From Eledone cirrhosa (taxonomy: Eukaryota), in assembly GCA_964016885.1 (NCBI GenBank), contig OZ024760.1, positions 26,784,001 through 26,848,000 of the forward strand: DNA of 64,000 nt. The letters run 5' to 3'. The stretch's first letter is position 1. Each line of letters begins with the position of its first letter. The notes below the pieces were generated by a model. The model did not search any database, had not been told where the DNA came from, and saw nothing but the letters and a program-made list of their open reading frames with translations. Of this stretch, positions 25,340 through 40,020 are shown in pieces. The position numbers and the translations under genes are program-made.

Positions 25340-26485
25340 ATGATCATAACCATCATCATCACTATCACTATCACCACAACAACCACCATCACCACCCCAC
25401 CACCACCATTATCACTATCATCATCATCACCACTACCACTACCATCATCATCATCACAAACATCTCTACCACCACCAACATCATCATCACATCTCTACCA
25501 CCACCACCACCACCATTACCATCATCATCATTACTACTACCATCATCACAAACATCACGACTACCATCACTACCATCACCACTATCATCTTCATCATCCC
25601 CACTACCATCATCATTATCATCACAAAAATCACCACCACTACCATTATCGTCCCCCAATATCATCCTCACCACCAACATCATTTTCAACACCAACAACAA
25701 CCGCAGACAACAACACCAACAACACCAACAACAACAACAACAACACCAACAACACCACCACCAACAACACCACCAACAACACTACCAAAAATAATAACAT
25801 TAACAACACCAACAACACTAACAACACCTCCAACAATAACACCAACAATAACACCGCCAACAACACCACCAACAATAACACCAACAACACCACCAACAAT
25901 AACACCAACACCACCACCAACACCACCACCAACACCACCACCAACACCACCACCAACACCACCACCAACACCACCACCAACAACACCACCAACAATAACA
26001 CCAACAACAACACCAATAACACCAACACCACCAACAACACCACCACCACCAACAACACCACCAACAACAGCACCAACAACACCACCAACACCACCAACAC
26101 CACCAACACCACCACCACCACCAACACCACCAACAACACCACCAACACCACCAACAACACCACCAACACCACCAACAACACCACCAACACCACCAACACC
26201 ACCAACAACAACACCACCAACACCACCAACAACACCACCAACACCACCAACAACACCACCACCAACAACAACAACACCAACAACACCAACAACACCACCA
26301 ACACCAACACCACCACCAACACCACCAACACAAACACCACCAACACCAACACCACCACCACCACCAACACCACCACCAACACCACCACCAACACCAGCAC
26401 CACCAACACCAACAACACCACCCACAACACCACCAAAAACACCACCAATAACACCACCAAAAACACCACCAACAACAACACCAAC
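25340..26485. repeat. (CAT/CAC/AAC/ACC)n triplet simple repeat
   Basis: Direct inspection. Confidence 0.95.
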
Positions 26486-26502
26486 GTGCTAATATTTTCC
26501 AG

Positions 26503-26674
26503 TGATATTTGCAGGCAATGTGTCAACGAGAATGTTCCAAAGTTTGAGGAATTTAACACATTTGATTCTCTTGGAGTATCTCCAGACAACGGAACAGCAT
26601 TAAATATGTATGGAAGGGAGCATCAAGTCAAAATGGTTGGAATGGGTTCCAAAGGTGACGAAGAATATGTTTAA
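26503..26674 (+). CDS. Candidate terminal coding exon of an unidentified gene (..DICRQCVNENVPKFEEFNTFDSLGVSPDNGTALNMYGREHQVKMVGMGSKGDEEYV*)
   Basis: CTAAT..TTTTCCAG acceptor (alternative TTTGCAG 12 nt downstream, same phase); 56 complex codons to TAA; AATAAA near 28065. Confidence 0.55.
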
Positions 26675-26832
26675 TGGATAGCTTGCTCGCTCTATATATA
26701 TTTTTTTCTTCGTCTCTCTGTCTCTATCTCTGCCTGTCTGACTGCCTCTCTGGCTGCCTGTCTGTCTGCCTCTCTGCCTGTCTGTCTGTCTCTCTCTCTG
26801 TCTCTCTCTCTCTCTGTCTCTCTCTCTCTCTC

Positions 26833-26865
<33 letters not shown>

Positions 26866-26870
26866 CTCTT

Positions 26871-26941
<71 letters not shown>

Positions 26942-27254
26942 CTCTTCTCTCTCCCATATATAGCTAGCTCTCTAGTGTATTACACAACACATCTCATATC
27001 ATGTCAAAGGCGTTACTGGAAAATATCGTTAAATAACTATCAGAAAATTACAGTAAAACGTGGATTTCACACACACTCACTCACTCACTCACTCATTCAC
27101 ATACTCACACCCACTCTCACACATACACACACACCCACTCATACGTGTGTGTGTATGTATAAATGTGTGTGAAGGTTGGTGTTTAGGCCGACTCAAACAT
27201 AGCAATCTCAGACAACCCATGCCAACACGATGATGATGATGACGATGATAATAA

Positions 27255-27510
27255 GGATTTCTAGTATAGGCCCAAGGCCAGCAATTTTGGGGAGGGGGAA
27301 AGTGAATTAAATCGACCGCAATGAATTACTGGTACTTTATTTCAACGTGCTTTTTCCACAATCAGATATAATTGTTTCTACTATTGGCACAAGGCCAGCA
27401 ATTACCCCAGTGCATTACTGGTACTTTATTTTATCGACCCAGTAGGGATGAAAGGCAAAGTTAACCTCGGCGGGATTTGAACTCAGAACGGAAAGTGCCG
27501 TAACTCTATG
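27255..27510 (-). mobile_element. SINE family A fragments
   Basis: Reverse complement of central domain, tail and B-box. Confidence 0.85.
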
Positions 27511-28118
27511 CTGATGATGATGATGATGAGGATGATGAGGATGATGAAGATGGCGGCGATTTTGATGCCGATGATGATGATGATGACGACGATGACGATG
27601 ATGACGATGACGACGCCGATGACGATGATGACAACAATGATGATGATGACCAGGAGAAAGATTTTCCGTTTTGGATTTTTCTTTGTTTCATATTTTTTTC
27701 GTATATTTTTTTTTATTTTATTTTATTTATTTTTTTTATTTTTTTATTTTTTTTTTATTTTATTATATTTTATTTTATTTTATTTTATTTTATATATGTC
27801 TTTTTAACATTTGGCAATCAAAATTCCTGTTGTTTGGCACAAAGAAAATAATTTAATATATAAAAATATATAAAAACATATAACAAAAAAAGATTATATG
27901 CTAAAAATTCTAAAGACAATTGCAGACAAGACATCATTCTATCGGGTTGTTGACAATTTCTAGAGAATTCTTTAGAAACCAGTTCCAACCAAACCTTACC
28001 AAACCTAAAAGCCAAATGGTCTTTTACAAGTCCTGTTGTCATGACAACAAAAGTATTCATTATAAATAAAACACACGCATATACATACATATATATATAT
28101 ATACATACATATACATAC

Positions 28119-28149
<31 letters not shown>

Positions 28150-29450
28150 CATACATACATACATATATACATATATACATATATATACATATATATATAC
28201 ATACATATATATATATATATACATATAAATATATACATACATATATATACATATACATGCATACATATACATACATACATATATATACATACACATGCAT
28301 ACATATATACATATACATACACAGATACGTACATACATATATACAGACATACATAAATGATGGCTGCCCCCTGGTTATCGAGTACGGCCCTATACATATA
28401 TATGCATATACATGCATATATATATATACATACTCATATACATACATACATACATACATACATATACATACATATATACATACATATACATACATATATA
28501 CATGCATACATACATACATACGATATACATACACACATACATACATGCGTAATACGTACATACATGCACATATACTCATATATACACACATACTCTCACA
28601 CACAGTCACACATACATATTCACACATATACATTCACCCACACACATATATACACTCACCCACACATATATACACTCACCCACATACATATACACTCACC
28701 CACCCACACACATATACACTCACCCACACACATATACACTCACCCACATATATACACTCACCCGCATACATATACGCTCACCCACACACATATATACACT
28801 CACCCACACACATATACACTCACCCACACATATATACACTCACCCACATATATACACTCACCCGCATACATATACGCTCATCCACACACATATATACACT
28901 CACCCACACACATATACACTCACCCCCACATATATATACACTCACCCACATACATATACACCCACACACATATACACTCACCCACATATATATACACTCA
29001 CCCACATACATATACACTCACCCACATATAGACCCACACACATATATATACACTCACCCACATACATATACACTCACCCACATATATGCACTCACCCACA
29101 CATATATCTCACAAACACATATATCTCACACACAGATTTATATAAACATTCTTACATTCACTCACACACATACATATTTACACTAACACATACATTTATA
29201 CACACATGCATACACACATACACATATTTACTCACATACATTTATACACACATGCATACACACATACACATATTTACTCACATACATTTACACACACACA
29301 CACACACACATATACACATACACACACTCACACACACACTCACACCCATACAAACACAGATATAGAGACAGACTAAAAATACACACTCACACACACACAC
29401 ACACACACACACACGCAGAGATATAGAGACAGACTAAAAATACACACACA

Positions 29451-29489
<39 letters not shown>

Positions 29490-30489
29490 ACTCACGCACA
29501 CTCACACACACACCCATACACACACACAGATATAGAGACAGACTAAAAATACACACTCACACACACACTCATACCCATACACACACAGATATAGACAGAC
29601 TAAAAATACACACACTCACACTCACACACACTCACACTCACTCACACACACTCACACTCACTCACTCACACTCACACACACTCACACACACACACCCATA
29701 CACACACACAGATATAGAGACAGACTAAAAATACACACTCACACACACACTCACAGATATAGAGACAGACTAAAAATACACACACACACACACTCACACA
29801 CACTCACACACACACTCACACACTCACTCACACACTCACACACACACTCACACACGTACACACTCATACACACACACACACACACAGATATAGAGAGAGA
29901 GTGACTAAAAATATCCTTCGTTCTCTAATTTGTTAAATGGCGATTTCCACGTGACCTCGACTGATTGGAGTCAGCCGATCTCTGTCAGCCATTAATCTTC
30001 ATTAGCAGAATCTTGGAATGGTGACACACCTTTCTACCTCCATCAAACAATCTCCCCCACACACACAGCACACCGGCTCCTCGTCACCGCCATTCCGACA
30101 CCCCCACCAACACCCCACACCGGCTCCCCGTCACCGCCATTACAACACCCGCCACCAGCTCCCCTTCCTCGTCACCGCCATTCCATCACCACCCCACCAC
30201 CCCACACCACCACCACCAGCTCCCTTTCCCCGTCACCGCCATTCCAACACCCCCACCAGCTCCCCGTCACCGCCATTCCATCACCCCCACCAGCCCCCCT
30301 TCCCATCACCCCCACCAGCCCCCATTTCCCGTCACCGCCATTCCAACACCTCCACCAGCACCCCTTCCTCCTCGCCGCCATTCCAACACCAACTCACCAC
30401 AACCCCTTCCCCTTCCCGCCATTCCAACCTCATCACGTCCCTCACCTCTCCCCAAATTAACTAAATCTCTCTGTCACCTACAAACACGT

Positions 30490-33395
30490 GGAGCCACGTT
30501 GCCTAGTGGTAAGGGTGTTGGACTTACGGTCATAATGACGTGGGTTTGATTCCTGGGTTCTGTGTTGTGTTCTCAGCAAACCACTTCATTTCACGTTGCT
30601 CCAGTATACTCAGCTGAAAGAAAGTATCAACAATAGCTGGAGATTTAACCCTGCGATGGACTGGTGTCCTGTCCAGGGGAAGTCCAGCAATAGCTGGGGA
30701 TTTATCCCTGCGATGAACTGGTGTCCTGTCCAGGGGGAGTCCAGCAATAGCTGGGGGTTTAACCCTGTGAAGCGTCCTGTCCAGGGGGGAAGTCATGTAC
30801 TCTCAGTCGCTTTCCGCCCTTAAACCGGGATAAGTACCAGCAATAGCTGGGGGTTTAACCCTGTGATGGACTGGTGTCCTGTCCAGGGGGAGTCCAGCAA
30901 TAGCTGGGGGTTTAACCCTGTGATGGACTGGTGTCTTGTCCAGGGGGAGTCCAGCAATAGCTGGGGGTTTAACCCTGTGATGGACTGGTGTCTTGTCCAG
31001 GGGGAGTCCAGCAATAGCTGGGGGTTTAACTCTGTGATGGACTGGTGTCTTGTCCAGGGGGAGTCCAGCAATAGCTGGGGGTTTAACCCTGTGATGGACT
31101 GGTGTCCTGTCCAGGGGGAGTCCAGCAATAGCTGGGGGTTTAACCCTGTGATGGACTGGTGTCTTGTCCAGGGGTAGTCCAGCAATAGCCAAGGGGTTTA
31201 ACCCTGTGATGGACTGGTGTCTTGTCCAGGGGGAGTCCAGCAATAGCTGGGGGTTTAACCCTGTGATGGACTGGTGTCTTGTCCAGGGGGAGTCCAGCAA
31301 TAGCCAAGGGGTTTAACCCTGTGATGGACTGGTGTCTTGTCCAGGGGGAGTCCAGCAATAGCTGGGGGTTTAACCCTGTGATGGACTGGTGTCTTGTCCA
31401 GGGGTAGTCCAGCAATAGCCAAGGGGTTTAACCCTGTGATGGACTGGTGTCTTGTCCAGGGGGAGTCCAGCAATAGCTGGGGGTTTAACCCTGTGATGGA
31501 CTGGTGTCTTGTCCAGGGGGAGTCCAGCAATAGCTGGGGGTTTAACCCTGTGATGGACTGGTGTCTTGTCCAGGGGGAGTCCAGCAATAGCTGGGGGTTT
31601 AACCCTGTGATGGACTGGTGTCTTGTCCAGGGGGAGTCCAGCAATAGCTGGGGGTTTAACCCTGTGATGGACTGGTGTCTTGTCCAGGGGGAGTCCAGCA
31701 ATAGCTGGGGGTTTAACTCTGTGATGGACTGGTGTCTTGTCCAGGGGGAGTCCAGCAATAGCTGGGGGTTTAACTCTGTGATGGACTGGTGTCTTGTCCA
31801 GGGGGAGTCCAGCAATAGCTGGGGGTTTAACCCTGTGATGGACTGGTGTCTTGTCCAGGGGGAGTCCAGCAATAGCTGGGGGTTTAACCCTGTGATGGAC
31901 TGGTGTCTTGTCCAGGGGGAGTCCAGCAATAGCTGGGGGTTTAACCCTGTGATGGACTGGTGTCTTGTCCAGGGGGAGTCCAGCAATAGCTGGGGGTTTA
32001 ACCCTGTGATGGACTGGTGTCTTGTCCAGGGGGAGTCCAGCAATAGCTGGGGGTTTAACTCTGTGATGGACTGGTGTCTTGTCCAGGGGGAGTCCAGCAA
32101 TAGCTGGGGGTTTAACTCTGTGATGGACTGGTGTCTTGTCCAGGGGGAGTCCAGCAATAGCTGGGGGTTTAACTCTGTGATGGACTGGTGTCTTGTCCAG
32201 GGGGAGTCCAGCAATAGCTGGGGGTTTAACTCTGTGATGGACTGGTGTCTTGTCCAGGGGGAGTCCAGCAATAGCTGGGGGTTTAACCCTGTGATGGACT
32301 GGTGTCTTGTCCAGGGGTAGTCCAGCAATAGCCAAGGGGTTTAACCCTGTGATGGACTGGTGTCTTGTCCAGGGGGAGTCCAGCAATAGCTGGGGGTTTA
32401 ACCCTGTGATGGACTGGTGTCTTGTCCAGGGGGAGTCCAGCAATAGCTGGGGGTTTAACCCTGTGATGGACTGGTGTCTTGTCCAGGGGGAGTCCAGCAA
32501 TAGCTGGGGGTTTAACCCTGTGATGGACTGGTGTCTTGTCCAGGGGGAGTCCAGCAATAGCTGGGGGTTTAACTCTGTGATGGACTGGTGTCTTGTCCAG
32601 GGGGAGTCCAGCAATAGCTGGGGGTTTAACCCTGTGATGGACTGGTGTCCTGTCCAGGGGGAGTCCAGCAATAGCTGGGGGTTTAACCCTGTGATGGACT
32701 GGTGTCTTGTCCAGGGGTAGTCCAGCAATAGCCAAGGGGTTTAACCCTGTGATGGACTGGTGTCCTGTCCAGGGGGAGTCCAGCAATTGCTGGATATTTA
32801 ACCCTGTGATGGACTGGTGTCCTGTCCAGGGGGAGTCCAGCAATAGCTGGGGGTTTAACCCTGTGAAGCGTCCTGTCCAGGGGGGAAGTCATGTACTCTC
32901 AGTCGCTTTCCGCCCTTAAACCGGGATAAGTACCAGCAATAGCTGGGGGTTTAACCCTGTGATGGACTGGTGTCCTGTCCAGGGGGAGTCCAGCAATAGC
33001 TGGGGGTTTAACCCTGTGAAGCGTCCTGTCCAGGGGGGAAGTCATGTACTCTCAGTCGCTTTCCGCCCTTAAACCGGGATAAGTACCAGCAATAGCTGGG
33101 GGTTTAACCCTGTGATGGACTGGTGTCCTGTCCAGGGGGAGTCCAGCAATAGCTGGGGGTTTAACCCTGTGATGGACTGGTGTCCTGTCCAGGGGGAGTC
33201 CAGCAATAGCTGGGGGTTTAACCCTGTGATGGACTGGTGTCCTGTCCAGGGGGAGTCCAGCAATAGCTGGGGGTTTAACACTGCGATGGACTCGCGTCCT
33301 GTCCAGGGGGGAGGTATTGTACTCTCAGTCGCTTCACGCCATGAAACCAGGATAAGGACCGGTCAAATGAGCCTTCTGGCTTAAGACAGACTTTA
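30490..33395 (+). mobile_element. tRNA-derived SINE family B, internally expanded by a 57-bp array
   Basis: Head TGCCTAGTGGTAAGGGTG...GGGTTTGATTCCTGG at 30500-30556; body ATTTCACGTTGCTCC shared with 40257-40372; SINE 3' region resumes at 33300-33395. Confidence 0.75.
30628..33310. repeat. 57-bp minisatellite CCAGCAATAGCTGGGGGTTTAACCCTGTGATGGACTGGTGTCTTGTCCAGGGGGAGT, ~45 units
   Basis: Near-identical units, with 58-bp GCCAAGGGG variants. Confidence 0.98.
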
Positions 33396-33537
33396 GACCT
33401 ACACACACACGCATACACACATACACACACACACATATATATACACACACACACCCTTATCATATAGGCACATCACCAACATCAAATTCACATACATATA
33501 CACTTACTATATATAGAGGTGTGTGTATATATATATA

Positions 33538-34510
33538 TACTACACCTCGCCACACTACACCTCGCCACACCACACTACACTACGCCACACTACACTACAC
33601 TACACTACACTACACTACACTACACCTCGCCACATCACACCACACTACACCGCACCACACTACACCTCGCCACATCACACTACACTACACTACACCACGC
33701 TACACTGCATCACACCACACTACACCTCGCCACATAACACCACACCACACTACACCACACCACACCACACTACACCTCGCCACATCACACTACACTACAC
33801 CACACTACACTACACTACATCACACTACACCACACTACACCACACCACACTACACCTCGCCACATCACACTACACCTCACTACACCACACTACACCACAC
33901 TACACTACACTACACTACACTACACCACACTACACCACACCACACTACACCTCGCCACATCACACTACACCACACCACACTACACTACACTACATCACAC
34001 CACACCACACTACACCACATCACACTACACCACACTACACCACACCACACTACACCTCGCCACATCACACTACACCTCACTACACCACACTACACTACAC
34101 TACACTACACTACACTACACTACACTACACTACACTACACTACACCACACCACACTACACCTCGCCACATCACACTACACCACACCACACTACACTACAT
34201 CACACCACACCACACTACACCTCACTACACTACACCTCACTACACTACACCTCACTACACTACACCACACTACACCACACTACACTACACTACACTACAC
34301 CACATCACACTACACCACACCACACTACACTACACCACATCACACTACACCACACCACACTACACCACACCACACTACACTACACCACACCACACTACAC
34401 TACACTATATCTCACCACACCACACCGCACTACACCTCACTACACTACACTACACTACACCACACCACACTACACCACACCACACTACACTACACCACAC
34501 CACACCACAC
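33538..34510. repeat. (CACTA/CACCA)n pentanucleotide repeat; complementary tract at 58050-58655
   Basis: Direct inspection. Confidence 0.95.
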
Positions 34511-35183
34511 CTCCATTACCACTCTGACACATTCAACAATAGTTATTGCATATTATATCAGGGCCACCACTACCACAGTAACCGCCACCAACAACACGAC
34601 CACCACCACGACCAACAACACGACCACCACCACGACCAACAACACGACCACCACCACCAACAACAACACCACCACTACGACAACCATCAACACTACAGCC
34701 ACCAATACCATCACCACCACTACCACTAATAATACCATCACCACAGTCACCGCCACCAACAACACCAACGCCACCAACAACACCAACACCACCCCTAATA
34801 CCGCCAACACCACAGTAGCCGCCGCCAATAACACCACCACCACCACTAATACCACCAACACCACAGTAGCTGCCGCCACTACCACTACTAATACCACCGC
34901 CACCACACACACCGCCACCACCAACACTACAACCGCCGCCGCCAATAACACCACCACCACCACCACCACTAATACCATCAACACCACCACCACCACCATC
35001 ACTAATACCACCAACACCACAATCACCGCCACCACCAATACCACTAATTCCATCAACACCATAGCCGCCACCACCACCACTACTAACCCCACCAACACCA
35101 ACACCACTACTAACCCCACCAACACCAACACCACTACTAACCCCACCAACAACACAGTAGCTGCCACCACCACCAACACTAAT

Positions 35184-35369
35184 AATTGTTTCTACGTTTG
35201 GCACAAGGCCAGCAATTACCCAGTGTATTACTGGTACTTTATTTTATCCACCCCGTAAGGATGAAAGGCAAAGGTAACCTCGGCGGAATTTGAACTTAGA
35301 TTGGAAAGGGCCGTAACTCTATGCGTCAAAGCATGGCGTCCGACCCTCTATCGATACTGCCAATCCACC
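35184..35369 (-). mobile_element. SINE family A
   Basis: Full-length reverse complement. Confidence 0.9.
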
Positions 35370-35889
35370 AATACCATCAACACCACCACTACTACCACCA
35401 CCACCACAGTAGCTGCCACTACCACCACCACTAATGATACCATCAACACTACAGTCACCGCCACCACCAACGCCACCACTCTACAGACAAGGAAATGATG
35501 TTAGACGATCCTGTCCGAGTTACCCTCCAGCAGTGTTTTCCCAACCTATGGTCACATGGGTAAAAATGGACGATGACAAATTTCTGGTGGGCCACAGAAA
35601 TTGTATAATTTTTACTGAGCCACTGGGTTAATATATGAGTTTTGTGAAAATCTTGGTGAAAATCTTGCTTATCTCCTTATATATATAACCAGCAATTTCT
35701 CTATCTGTCTGTCCGACAGTGGAAACACGTGCATAGAGAGAGAGTGAGAGTGAAAGAAAGAGGCAGACTACGAGAGGGGGATAGCGCGAGAGGGAGAGAG
35801 AGAGAGTGAATAGACGCTAAAACACGTGCTACAGAAACATTACCTTCCCCTCTCCACTAACTTTGGTCACTGAGGCCGAGGGAATTTGC

Positions 35890-36502
35890 GCTGAGCGCGT
35901 CATAATGACGTAATGCAGACAGTCAGACATACAGACAGATATTATAAGGGCGCAACGTTATATCTATGTATCTATCTAAAAAGAAAGACTAAGAATTATA
36001 TAGAGAGAACGCTAAATCGCCTAATGCGGTCCCTAGGGCATTGAAAATTTGAAATAATTTTTGCTCAAAACACTCACAGGATCATAAGTATTACATGTCT
36101 AAAGTTTGAAAACAATCGGTTGGATGGTTCTCAAGTTTTAGTGAGCTGACAGACAGACATTCTCTGTTTTAGATATATAGACTAGCAGAAAACCACCCGG
36201 GGGGGGGTTCTGCTAGTTTATATATCTAAAACAGAGAATGTCTGTCTGTTTGTCTGTATGTCTGACTCCCTAAAACTCGAGAACCACCCAACCGATTGTT
36301 TTCAAACTTTACACTTATGGACCTGTGAGTGTTTTGAGCAATATTTCAAATTTTTTAATGCCCTATGGACCGCATTGGGCGATTTAGCGTTCTCTCTCTA
36401 TAATTCTTAGTCTTTCTTTTTAGATAGATACATAGATATAACGTTGCGCCCTTATAATATCTGTCTGTATGTCTGACTGTCTGCATTACGACATTTTGAC
36501 GT

Positions 36503-36553
<51 letters not shown>

Positions 36554-36880
36554 CTATATATGTATATATATATATAGTGTGTGTGTATATATATAGTGTG
36601 TAACGTTTTTCGAAATATTTACTTCTGCGTTCACAGATTGATTATTTTAGTTTCAGAAGATCCCGTTAAGGGTGAAAGCAGAGATACTTTGCTTAAACTT
36701 TAATCTGTTATTTTAATATATATATATATATATATATATTCGTGTACAGATATTTTTGCATACACAATAACAAAATATAAACAAACGTATTTATTTTACG
36801 AGGCTCGATTAGGATAAATATATATCAAATATATAAGAACCCTAGAGCAAATCCCGAGCAACGCCGGGCCATTCTGCTAG
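35890..36880. mobile_element. Inverted pair of non-autonomous Helitron segments
   Basis: Two 5' ends (T(C/T)TATATATCTAAAACAGAGAATGTCTGTCTG) diverge from CTAGCAGAA..TTCTGCTAG at 36182-36216; plus-strand copy ends CCCGAGCAACGCCGGG hairpin + CTAG (36880). Confidence 0.75.
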
Positions 36881-36884
36881 TTAC

Positions 36885-37622
36885 AGCTAAAACTACTCGA
36901 TTGGCAAGATTTGAAAATGTAGCAATTCATTACGCCAGGTTTTATTCCTGAACAAACAAAGTTTTCAAGAAAAGCACTGATTGCCTCTTTGAAATTTAAA
37001 ATATTTGTATATTTTCCTTGTAGCTGCTTGTTCAGCATATTGAGTTTCTCAAATATGTCTGAAGGGTAGAAAATGGCGGATTTAGCACCTATGATTTCTT
37101 CTCCAAGCTCTGTGTCATTCAGAAATAATGCAACATTTTACCATAGTTCAACAAAACGACCTAGACAATTATCTTTAGAAAGCTATCTAACCTCTGTAAC
37201 GCAAAATTAAGTTTTTAAACTCTTATCAACACCAAGTTCGTGGATAAGACGATCTTGGAGTGGATTTGATACGGGTGACAACTTTTATTAAATTATCAAA
37301 AATATTTTTCAAACGCCCACCCAATGTTTTTGCAACTAAATGTTGTCGATGAGTCACACAGTGTATACAAAACACATTAGGGACTCTCTTTTCAATATGC
37401 TATAAAGCCCTTCTATTACCTACCATAATACCACCATCAGTTGCACATGCTAGGATGGTAGTACCCTTATGAATATTTCTTTTCTTGGAGGTAGTCTAAT
37501 ATTTCTTCAAACATCGTTATTCCTTTACTATCTGTCACAAAACTACGAGCAAAAAGAATTTTCCCTCTGAGTTCAATTTTATCACCCAAAAATCTAACAT
37601 ACACCGTAAGAATGGCTTCGAT
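36885..37622 (-). pseudogene. Decayed hAT (Buster/Charlie-like) transposase
   Basis: Minus strand EAILTVYVRF...ILACATDG...FCIHCVTHRQHLVAK...TEVR*LSKDNCLGRF with stops and frameshifts; matching hAT-type terminus CAGTGTTTTCCCAAC at 35531. Confidence 0.85.
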
Positions 37623-37624
37623 AT

Positions 37625-38030
37625 TAATTGTTTCTACTTTAAACACAAGGCCAGCAATTACGCAGTGCATTACTGGTACTTTATTTTATCGACCCCGTAA
37701 GGATAAAAGGCAAAGTTAACCTCGGCGGGATTTGAACTCAGATCGTAAAGCGACGTAACTATGCTGCAAAGCATGGCGTCCGACCCTCTACCTATACTGC
37801 CAATCCACCTTCCAATGGCTTCGATATTAATGGCGGTGGCTTGGCAGTATCGGTAGAGGGTCGGACGCCATGCTTTGCAGCACAGTTACGTCCCTTTACG
37901 GACTGAGTTTAAATCCCGCCGAGGTTAACTTTGCCTTTCATCCTTACGGGGTCGATAAAATAAAGTACCAGTAATGCACTGGGGTATTTGCTGGCCTTGT
38001 GCCAAAAGTAGAAACAATTATTATTATTAT
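37625..38030. mobile_element. Divergent (head-to-head) pair of SINE family A copies
   Basis: Minus copy ~37629-37812 flanked by duplicated AATGGCTTCGATATTAAT; plus copy 37831-38030. Confidence 0.9.
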
Positions 38031-38097
38031 TATATGTGTGTATATATAGATAGTGATAACCGTATGATCGTTATATACTTTTTATCGATCTCTTGAG

Positions 38098-38137
<40 letters not shown>

Positions 38138-38155
38138 TGGTGGGAGTATGTGTGC

Positions 38156-38249
<94 letters not shown>

Positions 38250-39068
38250 TGTATGTATGTGTGTGTGTGAGAAGGGTGAAAGGGAGAATATTGTAGAAAT
38301 TATTATTTTTATAACTATCACTATTATTACTACTACTACTACCACCACAACCATTACTATTAATACTACTACTGCTACCACTACTACTACCACCATATAC
38401 CATTACTATTAATACTACCACTACTACTACTATTAATACTACTACCACCACCACACCATTACTATTAATACTACTACTACCACTACTACCACCACCACAT
38501 CATTACTATTAATACTACCACCACTACTACTACTACCATTACTACCACCACCACATCATTACTATTAATACTACTACTACCACCACATCAATACTATTAA
38601 TACTACTACTACTACTATCACTACCACACCATTACTATTAATACTACTACTACTACCACCACCACAACCATTGTTAGCTTATATTTCTACTTACTAATCC
38701 CTCCACCAGCACCAACATATATCTTCCTCCACACCCACCACCACATCTATTCTCCCTATCCCCCGACCCCCCCCCCCCCTCCACCAATTGTTCCAATTAG
38801 TTTTGATTGTGTTAATTGGTCGCACTTGTTTTCCAAACAACCGACCCTTAATGAGAGCAAATAATGATTTAGACGTGACAAGATTTCCCCCTCCTCTCCC
38901 GCCACCACCACAACCACCAACATCACCCCCACCACCACCCTTTCCACGGCCATCTCTAACCCCTCCCCCTTCACTCTCCACCCACCAAACCTACCAATTT
39001 ACACGCCTCAAATTTTAAATCATTTACTCGGTTCTGTTTCTTGTTTGTACAATAAATATATATATATA

Positions 39069-39227
39069 CAGGTAAAATTCCACTATAACGAATTTTTCAG
39101 TATAACGAAATTTTGTTCAATCCCCGGCCACACGCTCAATGTGTTAGATCGATCTCGTAATAAAGAATTTTTCGTTACAACCAATTTTTTTATACCCCGT
39201 GAATTTTGTTATAACAGAATATCACTG
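39069..39227. mobile_element. pogo/Tigger-like MITE; related fragment at 11251-11345
   Basis: TA-CAGGTAAAATTCCACTATAAC ... GTTATAACAGAATATCACTG-TA. Confidence 0.7.
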
Positions 39228-39651
39228 TATATATATATATATATGAGGGTGTGGTAAGATAACCAGGTGGACCATAACGCACCAGAGTACTCAATACTTA
39301 GGGTAGTAGAGTGGGTAATAGGAAAAGCGTCAGGACAATATATATATATGTAGAAGCTATATTTAATTTGTTGGGATACAACAAGCAAATATTTTTATAA
39401 CTGATATAAAGCACTCAACAAATTATTGGAGTAAAAATACAATATATTAACAAATGGAAACTATATTTATAAAACCATATTTATTTCATTATACATATTT
39501 CAAGGACACCAAGTCAAATTATGGTGTGCTTTCATCAGATAAAATATAATATAGATCAGTTTTATAAATAAATATTGACATACCCTTAAAGAATGCGACC
39601 ATTTCTGTTGGAAGCTCCAACAGAAATGGTCGCATTATTTAAGGGTATGTC

Positions 39652-39838
39652 GGTGGATTGGCAGTATCGGTAGAGGGTCGGACGCCATGCTTTCCAGCAT
39701 AGTTACGTCCCTTTACGATCTGAGTTCAAATCCCGCCGAGGTTGACTTTGCCTTTCATCCTTACGGGGTCGATAAAATAAAGTACCAGTAATGCACTGGG
39801 TAATTGCTGGCCTTGTGCCTAAAGTAGAAACAATTATT
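39652..39838 (+). mobile_element. SINE family A with 18-bp TSD
   Basis: ATTATTTAAGGGTATGTC at 39634-39651 and 39833-39850. Confidence 0.95.
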
Positions 39839-40020
39839 TAAGGGTATGTCAATATTTATTTATAAAACTGATCTATATTATATTTTATCTGATGAAAGCA
39901 CACCATAATTTGACTTGGTGTCCTTGAAATATGTATAATGAAATAAATATGGTTTTATAAATATAGTTTCCATTTGTTAATATATCGTATATATATATAT
40001 ATATATATATATGAAGGCGT

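Noticed and set aside
25337-26500. Asn/Thr-rich mucin-like N-terminal part of the 445-aa ORF
   Set aside because: Triplet microsatellite lying upstream of a clear splice acceptor; treated as intronic.
30490-30560. Functional tRNA genes (also the SINE A heads and 18350-18435)
   Set aside because: A/B boxes are present, but there is no intact cloverleaf and they continue into repeat bodies.
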